DNA from: an uncultured Gemmatimonadales bacterium
GTDB taxonomy: Bacteria > Gemmatimonadota > Gemmatimonadetes > Gemmatimonadales > GWC2-71-9
Length of the DNA: 64,000 bases
Direction: 5' to 3'
Assembly (NCBI GenBank): GCA_963779755.1
Contig: CAVZZO010000001.1
Coordinates: 832,001-896,000 of the forward strand
Shown here: piece after piece, positions 1 through 9,387 of the stretch
Layout: every line of letters starts with the position of its first letter
How positions within the stretch are numbered: the first letter of the stretch is position 1
The notes under the pieces: generated by a model
Seen by the model: the letters and a program-made list of their open reading frames with translations, nothing else
Told to the model about the DNA's origin: nothing
The model's database searches: none
Made by a program: the position numbers and the translations under genes

Positions 1-95
1 CAAGGATACGCGCCGATGGCGGCCGTTCGTCGGACTCGATTTCCAGCTTTAGCCGGATCACCGCCCGTGGAACACCTGGGAGAAAGTAGGCAAGC

Positions 96-1040
96 ATGCT
101 GCCCAACCTTGCAGGCAAGCTCGGCAATCTCTTCAGCCCGCGCTTCGCCGTCAGCTATCTGGCGCCGGCACTGGTAGCGGGCGGCGCTGCCGCGACGGTC
201 GGCGCCATGGAAATCGGCGTGGAGCACGCGATCAACGCGTGGAAGAGAATGCAGGCCTCGTCGTCCATCACCGCGGGTTTGGGGGTGGTGCTCGCGTTGG
301 TCCTGTTCGCGTACCTTCTCCAGGCCGTGACTGCTCCCGTGCTGCAATTGTGGGAGGGTCGCTATCTGCCCGGCTGGCTGGCCCGGCGGTGGTGCGCGGC
401 GCAGACGAGGAGCGCCGCACGACTTGCGGGGGAGATGGACGATCCCGACCGGAGGGCACCGCACCCGCAGCGGTATTTCGGCTTTCCCCATAACCCTCGC
501 AGGCTGCGGCCGACGCGACTGGGAAACGCGATCGCGGCAGCCGAGGAGCACCCGTACGAGGCCTATGGTCTCGACGGCGTTCTCTGGTGGCCGCGGTTGC
601 TGGCCGTGCTCCCGAACTCGCTGCGCGACCAGCTCGACGACGCCAAGGCGCCGCTCGTCGGGCTCATCAACCTGGCAACGTTGCTGGTGGTGGTCACGCT
701 GGGTGCCAGCGTGGTCCTCGCCTTCGCCACGGTGGCATGGCTGCCTTTCTGGCTGCCGCCGGTGCTTGGGCTGCCGGTGGCCTGGTTGTGTTATCGTGGA
801 GCCGTCGGCCAGGCCGTCGGCTTCGGAATGCTCATTCGCGTCGCGTTCGACCTCCACCGGCTGGACATCCTGCGCGGCATGTCCATCCGCCTCCCCGAAA
901 ACTATGAGGTGGAACGCGCCCTCTGGAAACAGCTCAACGGGTGGATGGGCAGGTTCACGCCGCCCGGCGTGGCCTGCGCGACAGAAGCGGAATGGCTGCG
1001 GGCGCCCTTCACCTACGCGATGGGGGCGGGCGGCAAGTAA
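96..1040 (+). CDS. Conserved hypothetical membrane protein
   Basis: 314-aa ORF with several hydrophobic segments and a PTRLGNAIAAAEEHPYEAYGLDGVLWWPRL block that looks like a conserved motif; function unknown. Confidence 0.75.
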   Translation: MLPNLAGKLGNLFSPRFAVSYLAPALVAGGAAATVGAMEIGVEHAINAWKRMQASSSITAGLGVVLALVLFAYLLQAVTAPVLQLWEGRYLPGWLARRWCAAQTRSAARLAGEMDDPDRRAPHPQRYFGFPHNPRRLRPTRLGNAIAAAEEHPYEAYGLDGVLWWPRLLAVLPNSLRDQLDDAKAPLVGLINLATLLVVVTLGASVVLAFATVAWLPFWLPPVLGLPVAWLCYRGAVGQAVGFGMLIRVAFDLHRLDILRGMSIRLPENYEVERALWKQLNGWMGRFTPPGVACATEAEWLRAPFTYAMGAGGK

Positions 1041-1088
1041 CGCCTCCGGGAGTTCGGGAAGCGGACCACGGCGGCGGGTTCCGCCCCC

Positions 1089-1421
1089 CTAGCGTGCCGG
1101 TTTGAGCCGGACGGCCGTCCCGTAGCAGAGCACTTCGGTAGCTGCGCTCCGGTCGCCGCCGACCTCCGAGGACTCGTAGTGCACGCCCACCACCGCGTCT
1201 GCTCCCATGCCGCGCGCGTGCTCGACCATCAGGTCGTAGGCCTGCTGGCGGGCCTGTTCGCACATTTCTCCGTAGGCGCCGACGGTGCCGCCGATGAGCG
1301 TCTTGAGGCCGCCCCGGATTCCCTGGCCGATGGTGGGCGAGCGCACCACGATGCCCCGGGCCAGCCCCTTGTATTCGACAATCTGATAGCCGTCAATGCT
1401 GAACGTGGTGGTGACCTGCAT
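1089..1421 (-). CDS. YbjQ/UPF0145 family putative heavy-metal-binding protein
   Basis: 110 aa, MQVTTT..IDGYQIVEYKG, GADAVVGV, EVLCYGTAV; AGGAGA SD upstream. Confidence 0.9.
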   Translation of the reverse strand: MQVTTTFSIDGYQIVEYKGLARGIVVRSPTIGQGIRGGLKTLIGGTVGAYGEMCEQARQQAYDLMVEHARGMGADAVVGVHYESSEVGGDRSAATEVLCYGTAVRLKPAR

Positions 1422-1577
1422 GGCCGATTCTCTCCTGTGGGGCGTTCCGCCGCTTCGCGGGACCGTCCCGGGGCGGGTACGCCGAAGGCTATACCGCCCG
1501 GGGGCCCCGCGCCATGCGGCACGCGAGGCCCCCGGGCTGTCCGACAGGCGAATCGAGTAGCACCGGCTGGCCGTTCG

Positions 1578-1829
1578 CTACGAGCCTTCGAGCACTTCGA
1601 AAATCTCGTCGGGCATGAGTCCGTGAGCCTCCTGGTGCACCGCGGCGGCGGCTTCCTTGCTCGGCGCTTCAACCAGGCACATGACGGTACCGTCGCGCTC
1701 ATTGAACCAGTAGTGCCGGTAGTTCACGTCGTGCTTCTTCTGCACCTCGAGATCCCGGGCGTGAGCGTCCGCGGCGGCCTGGGCCGTCAGGCCGTCGACG
1801 TGGCGATGGATGTCCATGAAGAGCGGCAT
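1578..1829 (-). CDS. DUF4242 domain protein
   Basis: MPLFMDIH...AHARDLEVQ...YWFNE..GTVMCLVEAP..AVHQEAHGL; AAGGAGG SD before ATG 1829. Confidence 0.85.
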   Translation of the reverse strand: MPLFMDIHRHVDGLTAQAAADAHARDLEVQKKHDVNYRHYWFNERDGTVMCLVEAPSKEAAAAVHQEAHGLMPDEIFEVLEGS

Positions 1830-1975
1830 TTGGATCCTCCTTCCCTGGTTGGACGGCAGATTCTCCGGGCGGAACGGCCGTCCGGATTTCTGTAGGGTTG
1901 AAGCGTGTACCGGAGATGTCAAGGCGGACGTCCCGTTCCGGCCCCTCGCCCCGGTAACATCTTCCCGCTCGGCCC

Positions 1976-2431
1976 TCAGCTCCCGGTCCTCATCGCTTCC
2001 AGCGTCTGCCGCAGGAACCGGCGGAATCGCCACCCCACCCAGAGGTAGCTGCCGCCCCACAGCCACAGCCAGATGATCGCCGCGTGCAGGAGCGCGGCGG
2101 GAAGCTCGACCCGCATCCAGAGCAGCTCGCTGCCGGCCCAGAGTAGTACCAGAATGATCCCGGCAATCAGTGCCCGGCGGAGCGAGATGCGGGACCGCAG
2201 CGATTCACCGGCCTCACCGGCGATGAGGGCCAGCTCCCCGCTGGTGATCGACCAGAGCGGCCCGAATGTGACGGTCCACGGCACGTGGAACACCGCGCGC
2301 GGTCCGTCCTGCGCCAGCCTGTCGGCGCCCTGGTGACTGAGGGCGAGCAGCAGGGCAGCAAGGAGGGTCTTGGACGGGGCTGCCCCGGGGGGCAGCGCGA
2401 GCCGGTGAGTCTGTGAGGCAGGGAACGGCAT
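1976..2431 (-). CDS. Hypothetical membrane protein
   Basis: 151 aa with two C-terminal hydrophobic helices; GGAG SD. Confidence 0.6.
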   Translation of the reverse strand: MPFPASQTHRLALPPGAAPSKTLLAALLLALSHQGADRLAQDGPRAVFHVPWTVTFGPLWSITSGELALIAGEAGESLRSRISLRRALIAGIILVLLWAGSELLWMRVELPAALLHAAIIWLWLWGGSYLWVGWRFRRFLRQTLEAMRTGS

Positions 2432-2564
2432 GACGCAGTCTCCGCCTCAGCGTGTCAGGCGCAGGAAGGGAGGGTCAAATCACCGGGTGGTTGATCGACA
2501 TTCTCGTTGCAGCAAACATAGCGACCCAAACCCGCTGATCCGGCTGGGGGGGGCCGATGGACAA

Positions 2565-2880
2565 TCAGCCGCGCCACTCCGAGGCCAGCAGTCCGTACAC
2601 GCAGTGATCGAGGAACCGGTCGCCGATCCGGTGGGATTGCCGCCGGATGCCCTCCAGCCGGAAGCCCAGCCGTTCCGGCACCGCGGGCGAAATCGGCAAT
2701 GAACGACTCGACGTCTTCCCGTGTTCTGACTGCATTGGACCAGCGGAGCCAGCGATCGAGGTGGGCGCGATTCTCGAGGATCAGCGCGTGTATCTCCGGC
2801 GCATCGGTCGGGGCGAGCGGACGGATCTGGACGCCGCCTTCCAGTTCCCAGAACAGGGCAGGGCCGTCGGTCGGGCGCAT
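2565..2880 (-). pseudogene. RimL/YdaF-like GNAT acetyltransferase pseudogene with internal deletion and frameshift
   Basis: N-terminus (IRPLAPTDAPEIHALILENRAHLDRWLRW) is joined out of frame near 2687 to the family C-terminus (AVPERLGFRLEGIRRQ...FLDHCVYGLLASEWRG*); the central motif region is missing. Confidence 0.8.
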
Positions 2881-2881
2881 G

Positions 2882-3067
2882 CTACGGGGAAATATGGCGA
2901 CGCCGGTATTCACCGAATCTGGTGTCGGCCGCCGGGGTCCGGGACAGCAGCGCATCAACGGCATCCAGCTTGGCACACTCGTAGGAGGACGTGATCACCC
3001 GTGCGCTGTCGGGCCACTCGGCAGCAGCCAGGGTATCGGTCAGCCTCTTTGCTCCGCGGCGGCTCAC
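2882..3067 (-). CDS. Small hypothetical ORF (61 aa), possibly a gene remnant
   Basis: GTG overlaps the upstream TGA (GTGA) and its stop lies 1 nt before the next ATG; no recognisable motif. Confidence 0.35.
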   Translation of the reverse strand: MSRRGAKRLTDTLAAAEWPDSARVITSSYECAKLDAVDALLSRTPAADTRFGEYRRRHISP

Positions 3068-3981
3068 GTGAACTGAAACGCCAGTTCCCGCGTGATTTCC
3101 CCGAGCCCGTGGTGCAGGCTCACGGCCCGTTCCGTGGCCGCCATGTCGATGGTCCAGGCAACGGCTTCCAGGAGATGCCACCGGCGCACGGCGGCCGTCA
3201 GGCCGGCTGATGCCTCCCCGGCGTACCAGGAAACGACCCGGTCGAGCATGTCCGGGCCGAAATCCTCATACAGATAGATGAAATCGCGCGCCGGGTCGCC
3301 CATGGCCACATCGCCGAAATCGATGATGCCGGAGAGGCGTGCCGGGGCCGGGTGGTACAGCAGGTGCCCGGGGGCGAGGTCACAGTGGAGCAGGGCCGGG
3401 GAGCGTTCTCTCTCGCCTGACGAATCCGGCCACTCGATGAGGAACTGCTCCAGGCGGGTCCGGGACGCGGGGTCGAATAGCGGGAGAATCCCCGGTACCT
3501 CCTTCCGCAGCTCCGCGGCCATCGCCGAGCCGTCGAGCCGCGGAACCCCGCAGGCCGCCCCGATCTCCAGCGGCACCGCGTGGAGCGCCCGGAGAAATTC
3601 CGCCAGCTCTCGTGCGGTAGCCTCCCGCGCCGGGCCCGGAAGGCGCTCCCAAGCCTCCCGCGTCATTACTGTGCCGGTGATTTCCCGGTGGATCGTGAAC
3701 GGAGGGCAGGCCGCCGGAGCCCGGTACTCCAGACGGGGCACAGGAAGAGGCAGCATCCCGCTGATCCGTTTCAGCACACAGGCTTCGCGCCGGTGGGCGA
3801 GCGCGGCCCGGGGATGCTTCGCAACCCGGATGATCTCCGGGCCCAGGCGAAAGGCCAGACAGAAATCGCCCTCGCCCACCGTCTCGAGCCGCTCCCCGGC
3901 TGCGGGGAATACGTCTTCCAGCAGCCCCGCGATGCGGCCGGTATCGAGGCCTTGCCAGGGCCAGGTGCCGGCCTCGCTCAC
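3064..3981 (-). CDS. Aminoglycoside phosphotransferase (APH)-family kinase
   Basis: VGEGDFCLAF P-loop, LLHCDLAPGHLL (HxDxxxxN-like), IIDFGD; GTG start overlaps the upstream stop. Confidence 0.85.
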   Translation of the reverse strand: MSEAGTWPWQGLDTGRIAGLLEDVFPAAGERLETVGEGDFCLAFRLGPEIIRVAKHPRAALAHRREACVLKRISGMLPLPVPRLEYRAPAACPPFTIHREITGTVMTREAWERLPGPAREATARELAEFLRALHAVPLEIGAACGVPRLDGSAMAAELRKEVPGILPLFDPASRTRLEQFLIEWPDSSGERERSPALLHCDLAPGHLLYHPAPARLSGIIDFGDVAMGDPARDFIYLYEDFGPDMLDRVVSWYAGEASAGLTAAVRRWHLLEAVAWTIDMAATERAVSLHHGLGEITRELAFQFT

Positions 3982-5051
3982 GTCCCGGCCCGGTGCCGTT
4001 CCCAGTACCGCCGAGCGAGCGAGTCTACCCGGACCAGTTCGGTATGAAACCTTTGCGGTTCTTCGAAGAAGGGGAAATGTGCCGAGCTGTCGAACCACAC
4101 CACCTGTTTCCGCGGGGCGCGGAGTGAATCGAGATAGTGAACGGCGGGAAGCGGTGGCGTGGTGTAGTCGTGCCGTCCCAGGAAGAGAAGCAGGGGGACG
4201 TGAATAGTGCTGCCGGCCGGCGGGAGCGGCGGCCCGGGCGCATCGGCAAAGGTCGCGCTCAGTAGTTGGCTGCCGCGTTGCACATTCCAGGCATCGAGCA
4301 GGGTGTATTCGGGCGCCATGAGGCCGGTCCGGAGCAGCGGCCAGAAGCTGGTGGCGTGCAGCAGCTCGCCGCCGGTGGCGAAGAGGTCGCTCTCCCGGAT
4401 GGGGCTGCCCGGCGCGGACAGCCTGGCGGCGATTGCGGTGTCGCCCAGGCGTCGGGCTTCGGCGAGCACCAGCCGGCGCTGCGCCGCATGTGCCGTGGCC
4501 GTATCGGGTGCCAGCTGGCCCATCCCGACATATGCACGGTACCACTCCGGATGCCGGTTGACAGCGATCAGCCCCAGCCTGGTGCCCCAGGAGTGAGCGA
4601 CCAGAAGGATCCGATCCTGGTGGAAGCGCGCCCGCAGCCAGTTCGTGAGTTGGTAGAGATCGGCCAGCGCCCGCTCGACGGTCAGGGATTCGGCGGGAAT
4701 GCGCGCGCCGTAGGACTTGCCCGTGCCCCGGCGGTCCCACTGCACCATGAGGAAGTCCCGCTCCAGGGGCCGCTGGAAGGCGTGCGCCAGATACATTGCC
4801 GGCATGCCCGGCCCTCCGTGCAGGAAGAGCACGATGGGACGGGTGCTGTCGGCGCCTCGCAGCAGCACCGCCTGGCGGGCGCCGCCCAGGACGACCCAGT
4901 CGAGCTCGGCGATGGCGCGTGATGGGCCGCCCTGCTTGCCGCGGATGGGCGGCGTGCCGCCGCGCAGGGGAAAGAACACGATCGCCAGCACGGTGATCAT
5001 GGCCAGGATCAGGCCGAGTGCTGGGAGCGCGAGCCGCCGGGGACGCCGCAT
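3978..5051 (-). CDS. Alpha/beta hydrolase, proline iminopeptidase-like, with N-terminal anchor
   Basis: FLHGGPG, WDRRGTGKS, AHSWG nucleophile elbow, GRHDYTTP, SAHFPFFEEP. Confidence 0.9.
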   Translation of the reverse strand: MRRPRRLALPALGLILAMITVLAIVFFPLRGGTPPIRGKQGGPSRAIAELDWVVLGGARQAVLLRGADSTRPIVLFLHGGPGMPAMYLAHAFQRPLERDFLMVQWDRRGTGKSYGARIPAESLTVERALADLYQLTNWLRARFHQDRILLVAHSWGTRLGLIAVNRHPEWYRAYVGMGQLAPDTATAHAAQRRLVLAEARRLGDTAIAARLSAPGSPIRESDLFATGGELLHATSFWPLLRTGLMAPEYTLLDAWNVQRGSQLLSATFADAPGPPLPPAGSTIHVPLLLFLGRHDYTTPPLPAVHYLDSLRAPRKQVVWFDSSAHFPFFEEPQRFHTELVRVDSLARRYWERHRAGT

Positions 5052-5111
5052 GGCGTGGCCTCTGGAGCAGGGAACCGACGGTCCACCTACGGCGCTCGCC
5101 GCGGGGGAGTG

Positions 5112-6848
5112 TCAGCGGGTCAGTGCCTTCACGGCCGCGTCCAGTATTTCGTCCCGCCCCGCGCGGACGCCGGCCACAGTGGGGCGCACCAGGATGTCGG
5201 GCTGGATGCCGATGCCGGTAAACTCGGTCCCGTCGGCGAAGCGGTCGTGCTTGGTCCGTACCCGGGCGGCGCCCCCGCCAGGGAGGGGGAAGAACATGGG
5301 CTGGCCGGTATTGCCGCCCGTCGGCTCTCCTACGATGATGCCGCGGCCCATCTGGCGAAAGGCCACGGTGAAATCTTCCGCCGCCGAGAAGGTCGCCGGG
5401 CCCACCAGCAGGGCGACCGGCATGCCGTAGTGAACTTCGGGATGAGGCGTGAGCGTGTCGGGCGGAAACCAGTGCCGGCCGATGCCCATGCCCCAGGCCC
5501 GGATGACAGGGAGATAAGCCCGGGTCCATGCCTCCGAGGTGAGCGAGACGCGATTGCTGAGCCGGCGCACGATCTGATTGCCAGGATCGCTGTTCCCGCC
5601 GCCATTGTGGCGCACATCGATGACCAGCGCCGCGACACCGCCCAGCCTCGACATGGCGGCGTCGAACCAGGGGACGATGCTGTCCTGCTCGAAGTTGTTG
5701 ATCGCGACGTAGCCGACATTCCCCGCCAGCCTGCGCTCCGTTACCCCCGGGGTGCGGACCACGTCCTGATAGGGCGAACGCGGCACCGCGATGACCGCGG
5801 TGCTGCCGCCGGCGTGGCGGACAGTGAGCCGAACCGGCCGGTCGGCCGCTCCCCGCAGCAACTCATACCAGTACTCCCGGACCGCCCGGTCCTGCGGCGT
5901 GGCCGCGCTGACGTAGGGCGCGATACTGTCACGCACGTACTGCTCGACCGGCAGGCCGTCGATTGCGACGATCTCGTCACCAACCCGCAGGCCCAGACCG
6001 CCAATCGAATGACTGGAGAAGCCGAGTACCAGTACCCGGTTTTCTATCAGTGCCGTTTCGATTGGCGGTCTGGTATAGCGGCTGATATACCATGCTCTGG
6101 GGAAATACACGTTGGTATGGGAATCGTGCAGCGTGGCGCAGAAGGCCTGGAGCGTGCGGTAGTAGTCCCAGGCGGACCGGGCGGTCAGCACCCTCGGGAT
6201 GAATGCCCGGTAGGTCGAGTCCCAGTCGAAACCGGGACGGGTATCCAGATCGGGATAGTTGTAACGCACCTCGGCCCAGAAGAGTGAGAGCCCGGCCAGG
6301 CGATCGGCGGCGCTCAGGCTGTCCGGCGAGCCGGGAGCGGCAAAGGCGGAGTCGCTCCAGAGGCGATCGTCTACCTGCCAGCGCGCCAGGACCATCCGGT
6401 AGCGCCGGCTGGTCCGGAGTCGGCGGAACGTGGAATCCTGGGCAAAAAGACGGAGGTATCCCGGGCTGCCGCCGGTATCGAACACCTTCTCCACGGCATC
6501 CAGGGCCGTGGCCGTGTCGCCCCGCAGCGCGGCGGCCAGGGCCACATCATACCACACATTAGCAGTGCGGGCGGCGAGCCAGGGATTACGCTGGGACAGG
6601 TCGGTGAGGAGCGGGCTGCCTAACCAGGCAAGCAATCCCTGGAGCATCTCTGTGCCCGCGGGGTCCTGGCGGGTCCAGAGCGATTCCGCCCGCGCGCGTA
6701 CCGTCTGCACGGTGTCGTAGGCTGCCTGCGCGGACGCCGGCGCGCCGTACTGGGCCGCGGCGGTCCGGGGTGAGGTCAGGTACAGCAGGCTGAGGGCAAG
6801 CGGAAGGCCCCGGTGGATCACCCGGGGGCCCGGCCGGCGGAACGGCAT
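5112..6848 (-). CDS. S41 family secreted peptidase
   Basis: Signal peptide, LHDSHT, PDZ-like GLRVGDEIVAIDG, IDVRHNGGG, TFSAAEDF, VGEPTGG, GIQPDI. Confidence 0.9.
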   Translation of the reverse strand: MPFRRPGPRVIHRGLPLALSLLYLTSPRTAAAQYGAPASAQAAYDTVQTVRARAESLWTRQDPAGTEMLQGLLAWLGSPLLTDLSQRNPWLAARTANVWYDVALAAALRGDTATALDAVEKVFDTGGSPGYLRLFAQDSTFRRLRTSRRYRMVLARWQVDDRLWSDSAFAAPGSPDSLSAADRLAGLSLFWAEVRYNYPDLDTRPGFDWDSTYRAFIPRVLTARSAWDYYRTLQAFCATLHDSHTNVYFPRAWYISRYTRPPIETALIENRVLVLGFSSHSIGGLGLRVGDEIVAIDGLPVEQYVRDSIAPYVSAATPQDRAVREYWYELLRGAADRPVRLTVRHAGGSTAVIAVPRSPYQDVVRTPGVTERRLAGNVGYVAINNFEQDSIVPWFDAAMSRLGGVAALVIDVRHNGGGNSDPGNQIVRRLSNRVSLTSEAWTRAYLPVIRAWGMGIGRHWFPPDTLTPHPEVHYGMPVALLVGPATFSAAEDFTVAFRQMGRGIIVGEPTGGNTGQPMFFPLPGGGAARVRTKHDRFADGTEFTGIGIQPDILVRPTVAGVRAGRDEILDAAVKALTR

Positions 6849-6984
6849 GACGGCTCCAGACTGTGAATGCCCGGGATAGACATACGTCGCGGGCAGATGG
6901 TTGCGGGGTCCGGGGCCCGAACTCGATCAGGGGATTCTGCGAGAAGGGAACCGGCATGGAAGCGGTGCCAGCCGCTTCCGGGCC

Positions 6985-7179
6985 TCAAGGCCTGGTGTGG
7001 ACGTTGAGCAGCCGCCAGGCCCAGATTGCCAGGAAGGCGCCCAGCAGGCCCAGCCCGGCGATGCCGAGGAAATACCCGGGATCGGTGGAAAGGAGGGATC
7101 GCTCCTGGATGAGGCGAAGGAGGTGTGCCACGGCCACGAGACCGAAGAGCGTGCCGCTGATCATGAGGTAGGCTTTCAC
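6985..7179 (-). CDS. Small two-TM membrane protein
   Basis: 64 aa, GGAGG SD before GTG, YLMISGTLFGLVAVAHLLRL. Confidence 0.75.
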   Translation of the reverse strand: MKAYLMISGTLFGLVAVAHLLRLIQERSLLSTDPGYFLGIAGLGLLGAFLAIWAWRLLNVHTRP

Positions 7180-7424
7180 CGTGTCCTCCGAGGATCGGGT
7201 TGGGCCGCCGGTTTCAGTGGATCGCCGGTTACTTGATTGAATTCCCTCCCGTAAGATACAGCGAGTCTCGCGGATTCGGCTGCGGGTTTACCGGCAGGGC
7301 CAAGGCTCCCTGCATGGTGTGACGCCCGACACTGGCCAATTGCAGGCGCCAGTTATTCTGCATACGTAAAACCGGGTATCCCGGAAACGTAAAGAATGAC
7401 AGGCGCTGACATCTGAGGCCGGGA

Positions 7425-7541
7425 ATGACCGCATTTTCCCCGATGCGACCCGGTGCGGAGCCGGCCGCCAAGGCCCCGGCCGACTTCCTCCTGCTTGCGG
7501 CCTGGTTCGGACTGGTCGCCGGCCTGGCCGAGACCGGGGTA
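7425..7541 (+). pseudogene. 5-prime remnant of a membrane-anchored protein (possibly sulfatase-like) cut off by the repeat array
   Basis: MTAFSP...FLLLAAWFGLVAGLAETGV hydrophobic N-terminus runs straight into repeat DNA at 7542; the family guess is from memory only. Confidence 0.35.
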
Positions 7542-8215
7542 TACGCAGATGACTTTCGCCGGGCCTGGCGTCGATACCCAACCCAGGCGCTCACAAAAGA
7601 AGAAAGAGCGGTTGCTCTTTGTGGGTCCGGCAACGCTCCACAACATGCCGCAGGCCTCGGAGCACAAATCTGCGTAATCTGTGTAATCTGTGGATCACGT
7701 AATCGGACCCTGAGCCATCCCCGCCATACCAGGGCCACCGGCAGGGGTGCACCGCGGGTCTGTCAGCCTCCGTGAGCCGGGCAGATCCATCGAGGTAACC
7801 GCAGATTACGCCGATGTACGCAGATGACTTTCGCCGGCTTGGCGTCGATACCCAACCCAGGCGCCCACAAAAGAAGAAAAAGCGGTTGCTCTTTGTGGGC
7901 CCCGCAACGCTTCACAACGTGCCGCAGGCCTCGGAGCACAACTCTGCGTAATCTGCGTAATCTGTGGATCACAGAGGCTGACCTGAGCCATCCCCGCCAT
8001 ACCAGGGCCGCCGGCAGGGGTGCACAGCGGGTCTGTCGAGGTAACCGCAGATTACGCCGATGTACGCAGATGACTTTCGCCGGGCCTGGAGTCGATACCC
8101 AGCCCAGGCACCCACAAAGAAGAGAGAGCGGTTGCTCTTTGTGGGTCCGGCAACGCTCCACAACATGCAGGTCTCGAAGCACAAATCTGCGTAATCTGCG
8201 TAATCTGTGGATCAC
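7542..8215. repeat. Tandem array of three ~180-bp inverted-repeat-bounded elements with conserved linkers
   Basis: Cores at 7542-7698 (5-prime truncated), 7791-7972 and 8037-8215; ends CCGCAGATTACGCCGATGTACGCAGAT / ATCTGCGTAATCTGCGTAATCTGTGG; periods 275 and 246 bp. Confidence 0.95.
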
Positions 8216-8280
8216 ATAAACGGACCGGTGCCAACCGGGTTGGACCAGTCTCGCCCTCGGGAGGACGAGCCTGGCTCCTA

Positions 8281-9387
8281 GTGGACTGTACCAGTTGAAC
8301 GTTAAGCGACGTGGATGCGGTGAGCGGGATCATCGTACTTCCACCGAATCGGTCGCGGGTCGCGGTTGTACTGCCGAATGTACTTCCTGATGCGGCGGGC
8401 GAGGTCTTTGGTGGAGGTGAAGACGCCCCGATGAATCAGATCGCGTTCGATTTTGGCGAACCAGAGCTCCACTTGATTCAACCAAGAGCTGTAGGTCGGA
8501 GTGAAGTGCAACTGCACGCGCGGATGCTCGGCCAGGAATTCCGCGACGCGTTGCGTTTTATGCACCGACAAGTTGTCGCAGATGATGTGCACCTCACGCC
8601 GCGCCGGCACGCGCGTCAGGAGATCGGCCAGAAACGCAATGAAGGCCTGGCTCGTGTGGCGCTCGGCAGTCTGGCCGATCACCAGGCCCGTCCGCGTCTC
8701 GAGGGCGGCGAACAGCGACAGCGTGCCGTGGCGGACGTATTCAAACCCATGGCGTTCCGCGCGGCCGGGCGACAGCGGCAGCATCGGATCCTTGCGCTCG
8801 AGGGCCTGGATCGCCGTCTTCTCATCCACACAGAAAACGGCGGCATGCTGCGGCGGATGCAAGTAGAGCCCGATCACATCCGCCGCTTTGGTCTCGAAGT
8901 CGGGATCGTTCGACGCCATATAACGCTCCATCCGGTGCGGCTGAATCCCGTGCTTCCTCCAGACCCGTGCGACCGTCATGTGCGGCAGCTTGAGGCGCTT
9001 CGCCAGTCGCCGGGTGCTCCAATGCGTCGACCCGTCCGGCGGGGCCGTGCGCGTCGCATCGAGAATGCGTGCTTCCAGCTGGGGAGTCCGGACTCGGACG
9101 GGACGCCCCGCGTGCCGCACGTACAGCCCGGCCAGGCGCGCCTCCACAAACCGGCGCTTCCACTTACTGATGAACGGTTCCGAGCGCCCCGTGCGTGCGG
9201 CGATGTCGCGGTAGGTCAGGCCCGCCGCCAACAGCAGCAACACACGCGCGACCATAGCATCCTGGGCGCGCCCCGTCCGACTGCGCGTCCGACGCTCCAA
9301 CTCGGCGCGCTCGGCGGGGGTCAGCACGAGTGGTTGAGTTTCCATGCCCACCAATCTAACACTAAACACTTATCTGGTACAGTCCAC
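8281..9387 (-). mobile_element. IS630-family insertion sequence, apparently intact (1107 bp)
   Basis: Perfect 14-bp terminal IR GTGGACTGTACCAG / CTGGTACAGTCCAC; TA on both flanks (8279-8280, 9388-9389) in a CTAG context. Confidence 0.95.
8302..9345 (-). CDS. IS630 family transposase
   Basis: HTH N-terminus, HWSTRRLA, DDE motifs VFCVDEK / ICDNLSVH / WLNQVELWF; single ORF. Confidence 0.95.
   Translation of the reverse strand: METQPLVLTPAERAELERRTRSRTGRAQDAMVARVLLLLAAGLTYRDIAARTGRSEPFISKWKRRFVEARLAGLYVRHAGRPVRVRTPQLEARILDATRTAPPDGSTHWSTRRLAKRLKLPHMTVARVWRKHGIQPHRMERYMASNDPDFETKAADVIGLYLHPPQHAAVFCVDEKTAIQALERKDPMLPLSPGRAERHGFEYVRHGTLSLFAALETRTGLVIGQTAERHTSQAFIAFLADLLTRVPARREVHIICDNLSVHKTQRVAEFLAEHPRVQLHFTPTYSSWLNQVELWFAKIERDLIHRGVFTSTKDLARRIRKYIRQYNRDPRPIRWKYDDPAHRIHVA

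Noticed and set aside
3064..5529. 821-aa ORF as a single protein (likewise 22016-24667, 31631-34747, 48339-50300, 30189-32138, 42138-43727)
   Set aside because: The N-terminal parts are off-frame shadows of upstream genes in high-GC DNA; true starts were reassigned at stop-start overlaps
7331..7345. Sigma54 promoter-like TGGC..TTGCA
   Set aside because: The spacing between GG and GC does not fit -24/-12
7542..8215. CRISPR array
   Set aside because: Units are ~250-275 bp with conserved linkers, there are no unique spacers, and no cas genes are in the window
7229..8333. Several 64-169 aa ORFs over the repeat array (PQITQITQI, LRNLRNL, ICVICVICG)
   Set aside because: They are translations of 9-mer repeats, open in many frames, with no SD or domain support
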